NCBI RefSeq assembly: GCF_016127575.1
Contig: NZ_CP066019.1
Location: 1-32,000, forward strand
Source of the DNA: Cupriavidus necator
GTDB taxonomy: Bacteria; Pseudomonadota; Gammaproteobacteria; Burkholderiales; Burkholderiaceae
Direction: 5' to 3'
Length of the DNA stretch: 32,000 nt
Made by a program: the position numbers and the translations under genes. The notes under the pieces are model-generated. The model ran no database searches. It was not told the origin of the DNA and was given only the letters and a program-made list of their open reading frames with translations. Of the stretch, positions 16,492 to 24,464 are shown piece by piece. Positions within the stretch are counted from its first letter, which is position 1; every line of letters begins with the position of its first letter.

Positions 16492-17136
16492 TCAGAAGCG
16501 GTAACCCACCCCCATGCTGAACAGCCACGGATCCAGGTTCACCTTGGATACCTTGACATCCCCCGCCTTCACATCGCTCGACAGCCAGATCTTCTTGATG
16601 TCGGCGTTGAGAAACCAGTTTTTGGTCAGCTTGTAGTCCATGCCGATCTGCAGCGCGGGACCGACGCTCCAGCTATCGAGCTGCAGCGAGTTGTTGGCGA
16701 TGTCCGCGCCCCAGATGCGGGTGAAGTTCAGGCCCGCGCCGATATACGGGCGGAAGGTGCCGTTGGGGATGAAGTGGTACTGCACCAGCAGCGTCGGCGG
16801 CAGATGCTTGAAGGTGCCGACCTTGTTGCCGTCCAGGTAGACGTCCTGCTTCTGCGGCACTGTCAGCACCAGTTCGGCGGCGATGTTCGGCGTGAAGAAG
16901 TAGGTGACGTCGAACTCGGGAATCCACTTGTTGTTGACCGTGATGCGGTCCGACGGGCCGACGCCGCCGACGGGGTCGGAGCTGTTGGCCATGTCGAGAT
17001 AGGTGCCGCGCAGGCGCACCATCCAGTTGCCCTGGGCATCGTCCGCGGCGGCGGCAGGGGTGGCGAAGGCGCCGAGCATGGCGCAGGCGGCGATGGCGGA
17101 ACAGGTGACCCGGGTGCGGAGAGAGAGTGTTTTCAT
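16492..17136 (-). CDS. ompW: OmpW-family outer-membrane protein
   Basis: 214 aa with a signal peptide. OmpW-like beta-strand pattern (RPYIGAGLNF, DSWSVGPALQIGMDY) and a C-terminal ...GVGYRF. Confidence 0.9.
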   Translation of the reverse strand: MKTLSLRTRVTCSAIAACAMLGAFATPAAAADDAQGNWMVRLRGTYLDMANSSDPVGGVGPSDRITVNNKWIPEFDVTYFFTPNIAAELVLTVPQKQDVYLDGNKVGTFKHLPPTLLVQYHFIPNGTFRPYIGAGLNFTRIWGADIANNSLQLDSWSVGPALQIGMDYKLTKNWFLNADIKKIWLSSDVKAGDVKVSKVNLDPWLFSMGVGYRF

Positions 17137-17425
17137 GAGGTTCTGCTTGGTCTGGTATCAAATCCGGACCCAGTTTGGCCGAGCAGGCCGGGTTGGGCTT
17201 TGACCCAAGACAAGTAGAAGGGAACGTGGGCTGGCTGCGTCGCGCAGGCGCTACAGCGAGGAAGGCGCCGTGGTGTGCCAGCTGCGCCGACGCTTCTAAA
17301 CACATGCGGAATTATTCGTGGCGCGGTGCGATGCTGCCCCTTACGCTGTGCGAAAGATCCGAGCACGCATGCAGCGTGTGCGGATCGGCACCGAGCATGT
17401 CGTGGGCGTCCGCAAGGGCGTCTTT

Positions 17426-17465
17426 CCGGGTGTGCCCCGTGGGGGCGGGGCACACCGGTTTTCTT
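17426..17465. terminator. Strong hairpin just 3' of leuA; its U-tract is on the plus strand
   Basis: 10-bp stem GGTGTGCCCC (17429-17438) / GGGGCACACC (17447-17456) plus CC/GG extension. It is followed by TTTTCTT on the plus strand; on the minus (leuA) strand it is followed by GGAAAGA. Confidence 0.55.
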
Positions 17466-17481
17466 GCGGCGGCTTGCGGTG

Positions 17482-19179
17482 TCAGGCGTCGGCGGCCTCG
17501 GCGGACTGCGGGGCCTGCGCCGCGCCAAAGCCGGCCTGCAGGTGCCGGTTCACGCCCGAGATCACCGCGCGCAGCGATGCCGTGACCAGGTTGGCGTCGA
17601 TGCCGGCGCCGAACCCTGTCGGCGAATCGCCCACGCGCACTTCCACGTAGCAGGCCGCGCGTGCATCCGCGCCGGCGCTCATCGCATGCTCGTGGTAATC
17701 CATCACGCGTACCGGCAAGTCCAGCGCATTGACGAAGGCATCGATGGGCCCGTTGCCGGTGCCGCGCACGCTGCACGGCTTGCCGTCGCGCACCATCTGC
17801 ACTTCGATCTCCGTGGCGCCGCCGCTGTCAGATACCAGCTGGTGCGATACATAGCGCAGCGGTGTCTGCTGCGCGAGGTACTCGCGCTGGAACAAACCAT
17901 GAAGATCATCGGCACTCGCCTCGAGCCCGGTGTCGTCGGTCATGGCCTGCACCGCGCGGCTGAATTCGATCTGCAGGCGGCGCGGCATGTAGATGCCATG
18001 CACCTGCTCCAGCAGGTAGGCCATGCCGCCCTTGCCGGACTGGCTGTTGACGCGGATCACCGCGTCATAGCTGCGGCCCAGGTCGGCCGGGTCGATCGGC
18101 AGGTAGGGCACTTCCCAGATGCCGTCCGGCTGCTGCTGTGCAAAGCCCTTGCGGATCGCATCCTGGTGCGAGCCCGAGAACGCGGTGAATACCAGGTCGC
18201 CCACATACGGGTGGCGCGGATGCACCGGCAGCTGGTTGCAGTGCTCAACGCACTGGCGCACTGCGTCGATATCGGAGAAGTCCAGCCCGGGTGCCACGCC
18301 CTGCGTATAGAGGTTGAGCGCCAGCGTCACCAGGTCGACATTGCCGGTGCGCTCGCCGTTGCCGAACAGGCAGCCTTCGACGCGGTCCGCGCCCGCCATC
18401 AGCGCCAGCTCCGCGGCGGCCACCGCGGTGCCGCGGTCGTTGTGCGGGTGCACTGACAGCGCGATGTGTTCGCGCCGTGCCAGGCGGCGGTGCATCCATT
18501 CGACCTGGTCGGCGAACACGTTGGGCGTGCTGCATTCGACCGTGGTCGGCAGGTTCAGGATCATTGGCCGGTCCGGGCCGGCCTGCCAGGCGGCAGAGAC
18601 GGCGTCGCTGACTTCCAGCGAGAAGTCGAGCTCGGCCAGGCTGAAAGTCTCGGGCGAATATTCATAGGCCCATGCCGTGCCAGGCATGGCATCGGTCAGC
18701 GACCTGATCAGGCGCGTGCCCGAGACCGCGACCTCCTTGATCTCTTCACGCGAGGCATTGAAGACGATGCGCCGCCAGGCTGGCGCGATCGGGTTGTACA
18801 GGTGCACCGTGGCCCGCGCTGCGCCGCGCACGGACTCGACGGTGCGGCGGATCAGGTCTTCGCGCGATTGCGTCAGCACCACGATGTTGACGTCTTCGGG
18901 GATGCGCTGCTCCTCGATCAGCATGCGCACGAAGTCGAAATCGGTCTGCGAGGCGGCGGGGAACGCCACTTCGATTTCCTTCAGGCCGATTTTCACCAGC
19001 TGCTCGAAGAAGCGCAGCTTGCGCGCCGGGTTCATCGGCTCGATCAGGGCCTGGTTGCCGTCGCGCAGGTCGGTGCTCATCCAGCGCGGTGCGCGCGTGA
19101 TGGTGCGGGCGGGCCAGGTGCGGTCAGGGATGTCGACGGTGGCGGCGGGGTGGTACTTGGTGGCGGGATTGCTGAGCAT
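17482..19179 (-). CDS. leuA: 2-isopropylmalate synthase, long (LeuA type 2) form
   Basis: 565 aa. [29 protein letters not shown] and a C-terminal regulatory domain. ATG at 19179 is preceded by GGAAGGAG. Confidence 0.95.
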   Translation of the reverse strand: MLSNPATKYHPAATVDIPDRTWPARTITRAPRWMSTDLRDGNQALIEPMNPARKLRFFEQLVKIGLKEIEVAFPAASQTDFDFVRMLIEEQRIPEDVNIVVLTQSREDLIRRTVESVRGAARATVHLYNPIAPAWRRIVFNASREEIKEVAVSGTRLIRSLTDAMPGTAWAYEYSPETFSLAELDFSLEVSDAVSAAWQAGPDRPMILNLPTTVECSTPNVFADQVEWMHRRLARREHIALSVHPHNDRGTAVAAAELALMAGADRVEGCLFGNGERTGNVDLVTLALNLYTQGVAPGLDFSDIDAVRQCVEHCNQLPVHPRHPYVGDLVFTAFSGSHQDAIRKGFAQQQPDGIWEVPYLPIDPADLGRSYDAVIRVNSQSGKGGMAYLLEQVHGIYMPRRLQIEFSRAVQAMTDDTGLEASADDLHGLFQREYLAQQTPLRYVSHQLVSDSGGATEIEVQMVRDGKPCSVRGTGNGPIDAFVNALDLPVRVMDYHEHAMSAGADARAACYVEVRVGDSPTGFGAGIDANLVTASLRAVISGVNRHLQAGFGAAQAPQSAEAADA

Positions 19180-19261
19180 ACGGGGTCTCCTTCCTCGCTA
19201 AGGGAAGTAAAGGAAAAACGGAAGAAACGGTGGCGAAAGGCTGCCGAACTGCCACGGGGCA

Positions 19262-19408
19262 CTAGGCCCGGCAACCGGTCGATAGGCTTAGCAGTAGCGA
19301 GGAAGCGCGCAGGGCGCGGCCCGATGCCAGGGCAGCCAGCACGCGCGCGCGGGCAGCGATGCGGGACGCATCGGCAGCCTGGCTGAGTGTGCTGGTGTAA
19401 CGGTTCAT
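19262..19408 (-). promoter_or_regulatory. Candidate leuA leader ORF ending ...ASSLLLSLSTGCRA (Leu codons CTA CTG CTA - CTA)
   Basis: ATG 19408 to TAG 19262-19264 (48 codons). Four Leu in six codons near the stop, three of them the CTA codon that looks rare in the genes of this window. No clear SD. Confidence 0.3.
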
Positions 19409-19451
19409 CGTGCCTGGAGGAGGAGGGCCGGGGCCGCTCGTGGTTGGTGCG

Positions 19452-19509
19452 CATCCGGCAGGAGCCGGATGACTGGCAAAGGTTAGTCGACAAGGCCGGC
19501 CCCGGTCAA
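19452..19509 (-). promoter_or_regulatory. Candidate leuA promoter (TTGACC -N18- TAACCT) and 5' stem-loop CATCCGG/CCGGATG
   Basis: Minus-strand -35 is plus GGTCAA at 19504-19509. The -10 is plus AGGTTA at 19480-19485. A perfect 7-bp hairpin lies at 19452-19471. Confidence 0.3.
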
Positions 19510-19770
19510 GCGTGGGGGAGCGCCGGGTGCGAACGTGGCCCGATCGGGCGACTGCCATGCGCGGGTTGCGCCAAACGGCTGGGGCCAGGTTGCGGCCGGG
19601 ATCCTGCCGGTCATGTTTGCCTCGCCCGAATGGCGGTGCCGCTGCGCTGAAAGGATGAATCACGCGCATGCTCTGTGCGCTGCGCCTCAGTCCTCTGGCC
19701 GGTATTGCGCTGGCACCTTTGTGCCTAGGCTGGTAGCGCGGGAAAAAACACATGACTGGGGGGGAACATC

Positions 19771-21120
19771 ATGAGACTGAGAACGTGGGCATCCTGGCTG
19801 GCGGGCGCTGCCATGACCATGCTGCTGGCAGCGTGCGGTGGCGGCGGTGGTTCGAGCACGCCCGCCACGCCAAACGCAGGCGGTTCCACGCCGCTGACCT
19901 ATACGGTGAAGATGAGCGTGACCTCGGGCGAGGTCGGCGTCGGCCGCACGATCACCATCAGCGCGCTGGCAGTGGACAGCAACGGCATCGACGTCTCCGG
20001 CAACACCACCTTCAACTGGACCAGTACCGACAGCGGCATTGCCACCGTGGAGCCGAGTGCCACCACGCCGGGCAGCGCCGTGGTCAAGGGCATTGCAACC
20101 GGGACGACCACCGTCCAGGTGGTGGCGAGCGTCAAGGGCGCCGACAACACCACGGTGCAGCTGCCCGCGCAATCCGCCACCATCACCGTGGTGCCGGCCT
20201 CGGCGCTGAGCTACAGCCTGGCGATCCCGAACAGCAGCCTGTCGATGAGCGACGGGCAGGAGCTGCCGGTCAAGGTATCGCTGGTCGACAGCAACGGCGC
20301 CGATGTGTCCGCCAGCGTCAACAGCTGGGCATGGTCCAGCAGCGGCTCCGCGGTCCAGGTCACTGCCAGCCAGAACAGCGCCACGCTGAAGGCGAGCAAC
20401 AGCTCACCCACTGCCGTGGCCACGGCCAGTGTCTCGGTATCGGTGACAGCACCGGACGGGCATGCCATTGCCGGGCTGATCGCGGTGACAGTGCAGACGA
20501 ACGGCGCCGCCGCCTATCGCGTGGTGACGATTAAGGGCGGCCGCGAGGTGAATGCGCTGCAGGTCTTCAGCAACCGTCCGGAAACCTTCACCTCGCGTGT
20601 GCTGCGCCACGATGGCCAGGACGTGACCGCGGAGTTCGACGGCGCCTGGACCTACACGGCGACCTCGGCCACGCTGTCCGCATCGGACGCGGCGGGTACG
20701 CATGACGCCACGGTCAGCACCAGCCTGGCCAACGACAAGGGTCCGGTCCAGAGCAGCCTGACGGTGACGGCTGTCAGCACCAGGCTCGGCGAACGCCGCA
20801 GCGCCACGCTGACGGTGACCGAGAACCCGGTCTGGGCGCTGGTTGGCGACAACCAGGATCCGATGACGCTGCTGCTGATGCCACCGATGAGTATCCCGGT
20901 GACCGCGCGCATGAAGCACCTTGGCGACGATGCGCAGTACACCGCGTGCATCAACTGGGCGTGGACCAGCACCGGCCCGGTGGAGTTGTCGCCTGGCGTC
21001 GCGGATCATCAGAAGAACGTCACTGGCACAGCGCAGGGCGACTTCACTCTTACCGTGACCTGTAATGCCGTCGCCGACAATACGCCGCTGAAGCTGGTCT
21101 TCTACGGTACGGTCAAGTAA
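19771..21120 (+). CDS. Lipoprotein built from about four tandem bacterial Ig-like (Big_2-like) domains
   Basis: Lipobox LLAAC (Cys22) followed by GGGGGSS. Repeated roughly 95-aa units such as ...ALAVDSNGIDVSGNTTFNWTSTDSGIATV...VKGIATGTTTVQVVAS... Thr/Ser/Val-rich beta composition. It has its own terminator. Confidence 0.8.
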   Translation: MRLRTWASWLAGAAMTMLLAACGGGGGSSTPATPNAGGSTPLTYTVKMSVTSGEVGVGRTITISALAVDSNGIDVSGNTTFNWTSTDSGIATVEPSATTPGSAVVKGIATGTTTVQVVASVKGADNTTVQLPAQSATITVVPASALSYSLAIPNSSLSMSDGQELPVKVSLVDSNGADVSASVNSWAWSSSGSAVQVTASQNSATLKASNSSPTAVATASVSVSVTAPDGHAIAGLIAVTVQTNGAAAYRVVTIKGGREVNALQVFSNRPETFTSRVLRHDGQDVTAEFDGAWTYTATSATLSASDAAGTHDATVSTSLANDKGPVQSSLTVTAVSTRLGERRSATLTVTENPVWALVGDNQDPMTLLLMPPMSIPVTARMKHLGDDAQYTACINWAWTSTGPVELSPGVADHQKNVTGTAQGDFTLTVTCNAVADNTPLKLVFYGTVK

Positions 21121-21140
21121 GCAGCAGGTTCCCGCGCCTG

Positions 21141-21175
21141 GCGAAACGCCCTCCATCCGGAGGGCGTTTCGCTTT
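21141..21175 (+). terminator. Rho-independent terminator of the lipoprotein gene
   Basis: Perfect 14-bp stem GCGAAACGCCCTCC / GGAGGGCGTTTCGC, loop ATCC, followed by TTTG. Confidence 0.8.
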
Positions 21176-21197
21176 GTGGGCAAATTGCAGGCTGCCG

Positions 21198-21221
21198 GCA
21201 AAGCGTACCCGTTTCTGCGTG
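21198..21221 (+). repeat. Intergenic direct repeat, copy 1 (GCAAAGCGTACCCGTTTCTGCGTG)
   Basis: Identical 24-mer to copy 2; the 19-nt core GCGTACCCGTTTCTGCGTG is shared by all three copies. Confidence 0.8.
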
Positions 21222-21333
21222 ACCGGCGCCAAGCGTTTCAGGTGCTGCCGGGGCAGGCCAGCATAGGCGTCGGGACAAGGCTGAGCCTGCCTTTGCGGGA
21301 CGTCCCCTATATGCGCACCAGGCAAGCCAGTGC

Positions 21334-21357
21334 GCAAAGCGTACCCGTTTCTGCGTG
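21334..21357 (+). repeat. Intergenic direct repeat, copy 2
   Basis: Identical 24-mer, with the core starting 136 nt after the core of copy 1. It is followed by the small hairpin GTGCC/GGCAC (21363-21382). Confidence 0.8.
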
Positions 21358-21451
21358 CGAAAGTGCCAGCCCTTCCAGGCACGTTTTATCGCCGCTGGAC
21401 AGCCTGCAGGCGAGCGCAAAGCGCTGCCTCCGCGCCGGGCGGAAGCAGCGG

Positions 21452-21470
21452 GCGTACCCGTTTCTGCGTG
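21452..21470 (+). repeat. Intergenic direct repeat, copy 3 (19-nt core only)
   Basis: GCGTACCCGTTTCTGCGTG is identical to the core, starting 113 nt after the core of copy 2 and 28 nt from the stop of the small feo-linked gene. Confidence 0.8.
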
Positions 21471-21497
21471 GATCTGTGGAGGAGGAAATCGCGCCGT

Positions 21498-21815
21498 TCA
21501 GCGCTTGGGCACGAAGCGAATCACCTGTTCGGCAGGCTTGTCCTGCGTGCCGGAGGTGGTGCCGGCGGTGTTGGATCCGCAGGTATTGCAGCCGCCGTCG
21601 TCGCAGCCGCTGGCGCAGCCCGCTGCGGCTTTCGGGGCCAGCCAGCGCACCAGCCGGGCACGCCAGCCGGTGGCGGCGCCGCCGCCCAGGCGCGCGGCCA
21701 GCGCCGCCTTGACGCGCTCGCGCGTGCGCGGCGCGTAGCGCGCGATCACCGACACCGCGCATGCCAGCACGATCAGCGGGACCAGCAGCGTTTCGATGGC
21801 GTGGTAGAGGGTCAT
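21498..21815 (-). CDS. Small membrane-anchored 4-Cys protein co-transcribed with feoB (candidate FeoC analogue)
   Basis: 105 aa from ATG 21815, 14 nt after the feoB stop. N-terminal TM helix LLVPLIVLACAVSVIA and motif GCASGCDDGGCNTCG (Cx3Cx4Cx2C). Only the 3' part of track ORF 21498-22958 is credible. Confidence 0.7.
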   Translation of the reverse strand: MTLYHAIETLLVPLIVLACAVSVIARYAPRTRERVKAALAARLGGGAATGWRARLVRWLAPKAAAGCASGCDDGGCNTCGSNTAGTTSGTQDKPAEQVIRFVPKR

Positions 21816-21829
21816 GGCGGCGCGGTGCC

Positions 21830-23686
21830 TCAGCTGAACATCAGCGCGACGCGGTAGGTCACGAAGGCCGCCAGGTAGGCCAGCCCGGTCAGGTAGGCCG
21901 CCGACAGCGCCATCACCTTCCACGAGTCGGTCTCGCGCCGGATCACTGCCAGCGTGGAGATGCACTGCGGTGCGAACACGTACCAGGCCAGCAGCGACAG
22001 CGCGGTGGCCAGCGACCATTGCGCGGCGATCATCGGCGCCAGCTGCGTGGCCACGGTCTCTTCGCTGCCCGACAGCGCATAGACGGTAGCCAGCGCGCCC
22101 ACGGCCACTTCGCGCGCGGCCAGGCCCGGCACCAGCGCAATGCAGATCTGCCAGTTGAAGCCCACCGGTGCGAACACCTTCTGCAGCGCATGGCCGATCA
22201 TGCCGGCAAAGCTGTAGTCGATGGCCGGCGCGGTCGCGCCCACGGGCGCGGACGGGAAGGTCGACAGGAACCACAGCAGCACCGTCAGCGCCAGGATCAC
22301 CTTGCCCACCCGCGACAGGAAGATGCGGGCACGCTCCCACAGGCCGATGGCCACATCGCGCGGATTGGGGATGCGGTACGACGGCAGCTCCATCAGCAGC
22401 GGATGGTCGGTGCGGTCGCGGCGGAAGAACTTGAGCGCGTAGGCCACCACCAGCGCGCTGACGATGCCGGCCACGTACAGCGCGAACAGCACCAGCCCCT
22501 GCAGGTTGAACAGGCCCATCACGGTGCGCTCGGGGATGAAGGCGCCGATCAGCAGCGCATACACCGGCAGCCGTGCCGAGCAGGTCATCAGCGGCGCCAC
22601 CAGGATGGTGGTGAGCCGGTCGCGCGGGTCCTGGATGGTGCGCGTGGCCATGATGCCGGGGATGGCGCAGGCAAAGCTGGACAGCAACGGGATAAACGAG
22701 CGCCCCGACAGCCCCGCGCCCATCATCAGGCGGTCCAGCAGGAAGGCCGCGCGCGGCAGGTAGCCGGATTCCTCCAGCGTCAGGATGAACAGAAACAGGA
22801 TCAGGATCTGCGGCAGGAACACCACCACGCTGCCCAGGCCTGCGACCAGGCCGTCGACCAGCAGGCTCTTGAGCATGCCGTCGGGCAGGTAGGCGCCCAG
22901 CATCTCGCCGACCCAGTGCACACCGCCCTCGATGCCGTCCATCAACGGCTCGGCCCACGAGAACACCGCCTGGAACATCAGGAACAGCAGCAGCGCCAGC
23001 AGCAGCAGGCCGATCACCGGATGCAGCACGATGCGGTCGAGGCGGTCATCCAGCGCGGCGGTGCGCGCCGGCATGCTGACCGCGGCCGCCAGCAGGCGGT
23101 TGACCTCGGCATGCACGTCAATGTCGTTGGCGGGTTCCGGCGTGACCGGCGGGGCCGGCGGCAGGGTGTCGTCAAGCAGGCTGACCAGTGTCGCGGCGCC
23201 GTCGCGCTTCACCGCCACGGTGCTGACCACCGGCACGCCCAGCGCGGCCGACAGCTTGTCGCGATCGATCTGGATGCCGCGCCGCGCGGCGGCGTCGCTC
23301 ATATTGAGCACGACCACCATGGGCAGGCCCAGGCGGCGCAGTTCCAGCACGAAGCGCAGGTGCAGGCGCAGGTTGGTCGCATCGACCACCGACACCAGCA
23401 GGTCCGGGCGCTGCTCGCCGGCACGCCTGCCCAGGCAGACATCGCGCGTGATGGCTTCATCGAGGCTGGCCGCGTGCAGGCTGTAGGCGCCCGGCAGGTC
23501 CAGGATGCGCACCTGGCGCCCGGCCGGCGACACGAAGTAGCCTTCCTTGCGCTCGACGGTCACGCCCGCATAGTTGGCCACCTTCTGGCGGCTGCCGGTC
23601 AGGCGGTTGAACAGTGCGGTCTTGCCGCAATTGGGATTGCCGACCAGCGCAATGCGCAGGGCGGAAGTGGAAGGAGCTGCAGACAT
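21830..23686 (-). CDS. feoB: Ferrous iron transporter FeoB
   Basis: 618 aa. N-terminal G domain IALVGNPNCGKTALFN, DLPG, then a polytopic membrane domain. Confidence 0.95.
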   Translation of the reverse strand: MSAAPSTSALRIALVGNPNCGKTALFNRLTGSRQKVANYAGVTVERKEGYFVSPAGRQVRILDLPGAYSLHAASLDEAITRDVCLGRRAGEQRPDLLVSVVDATNLRLHLRFVLELRRLGLPMVVVLNMSDAAARRGIQIDRDKLSAALGVPVVSTVAVKRDGAATLVSLLDDTLPPAPPVTPEPANDIDVHAEVNRLLAAAVSMPARTAALDDRLDRIVLHPVIGLLLLALLLFLMFQAVFSWAEPLMDGIEGGVHWVGEMLGAYLPDGMLKSLLVDGLVAGLGSVVVFLPQILILFLFILTLEESGYLPRAAFLLDRLMMGAGLSGRSFIPLLSSFACAIPGIMATRTIQDPRDRLTTILVAPLMTCSARLPVYALLIGAFIPERTVMGLFNLQGLVLFALYVAGIVSALVVAYALKFFRRDRTDHPLLMELPSYRIPNPRDVAIGLWERARIFLSRVGKVILALTVLLWFLSTFPSAPVGATAPAIDYSFAGMIGHALQKVFAPVGFNWQICIALVPGLAAREVAVGALATVYALSGSEETVATQLAPMIAAQWSLATALSLLAWYVFAPQCISTLAVIRRETDSWKVMALSAAYLTGLAYLAAFVTYRVALMFS

Positions 23687-23701
23687 AATCCGGGGGAAGG
23701 C

Positions 23702-24019
23702 TCAGGCAGTCCGTTTTGCGGACGGTTTGGCGGTCTGGTCGCCGCCCTGCGTGGCGGGGGCGATGCTGGTGACCGAGGCGCTGGCGACCGCTACGCCGAT
23801 GCGTGCCGCTTCCGAGCGGCGCAGCGCAAAGCGGGTGAAGCCTACCTGTGCCACCAGCGGGTCCATGCCGAAGGGGCCGTAGGCGATGATCTGTACGGCT
23901 TCACCGGGGACGAAGCCCAGTTCGCGCAGGCGGCGCGCGACCGGGTCTCCCGGGGTGGCGTCGTCCACCGATTGCACAACGGCGGGCGTGCGCCGTGGAA
24001 GTTCAGACAACCGCATCAT
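23702..24019 (-). CDS. feoA: FeoA (ferrous iron transport protein A)
   Basis: SH3-like FeoA core RLSELPRRTPAVVQSV...ARRLRELGFVPGEAVQII. Start set at ATG-ATG 24019/24016 (GGAAG upstream); the track start at 24067 is a GTG. Confidence 0.85.
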   Translation of the reverse strand: MMRLSELPRRTPAVVQSVDDATPGDPVARRLRELGFVPGEAVQIIAYGPFGMDPLVAQVGFTRFALRRSEAARIGVAVASASVTSIAPATQGGDQTAKPSAKRTA

Positions 24020-24078
24020 GCTTCCAGTCCGTGGCGCGGTCTGCCGCCAAGCGGTCAGCGCGACCACGCCGGGGTGTG

Positions 24079-24099
24079 TAAATGAAAATCGTTTTCATT
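24079..24099. promoter_or_regulatory. Fur box upstream of feoA
   Basis: AATGAAAATCGTTTTCATT (24081-24099) has palindromic 8-bp arms. It matches 14 of 19 positions of GATAATGATAATCATTATC when aligned by eye and lies about 60 nt upstream of the feoA start. A weaker second site, AATGATAACCGTT, is at 24182-24194. Confidence 0.6.
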
Positions 24100-24464
24100 G
24101 TATCGTAATTGAGGCATGGCGTTGCCCCTCAAAGGGCGGGCACGCCGGCCTGCTGCCGCCGTCATTGCGCCGCAGGAGGCAAATGATAACCGTTCGGGGT
24201 ATGGGTGGCTGGGGGGAGCGGGCGGCCTTGGCAACGTTTCCCGGGCCTGGCGTCACGCGCAACCGGTGCCGCAGGGCGCTGGTAGAAGTGTAGAAGGCTG
24301 CGCATGAATTCAGCCTGATGCAGTACAGTTCGGCTTTGCGAAGCCGAATGCAACCAGCCTCATGCAGCGCCAATCAATTACTGCATTTGTGTTATTGGAT
24401 GCCGTAAGCGGGCAGGGTTAAGCTTCAAGCACGCTGAACACCCCGTTCCACGCGTACTTCACAA

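Noticed and set aside
17175-17585. Cys-containing small plus-strand ORFs in the ompW-leuA spacer (for example 17175-17585 and 17275-18456)
   Set aside because: They run through the terminator hairpin and continue antisense into leuA, have no SD and no family resemblance. The plus-strand signal there is better treated as a possible non-coding RNA.
19711-19725. TGGCACCTTTGTGCC upstream of the lipoprotein gene considered as a sigma-54 promoter
   Set aside because: The GG-to-GC spacing is N9 rather than the strict N10 and there is no TTGC. It is more simply a 5-bp inverted repeat, GGCAC-N4-GTGCC.
21198-21470. Three regularly spaced repeats considered as a CRISPR array
   Set aside because: There are only three copies, the repeat is too short (19-24 nt), the spacers are too long and unequal (113-136 nt periodicity), there are no cas genes, and a fourth inverted copy lies elsewhere. 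This does not fit CRISPR.
21761-24085. 774-aa plus-strand ORF
   Set aside because: It is antisense to feoB and feoA, with an Arg/Gln/His/Gly-rich translation, no motifs and no SD. It is a shadow ORF.
24183-24293. 36-codon ORF MITVRGMGGWGERAALATFPGPGVTRNRCRRALVEV behind AGGAGG
   Set aside because: It is not called as a gene. The SD-ATG spacing is only 3 nt, codon usage is mixed (ATA, GTT, GGT, TTG, GTA) and there is no recognisable family. It is kept only as part of the candidate-transcript finding.
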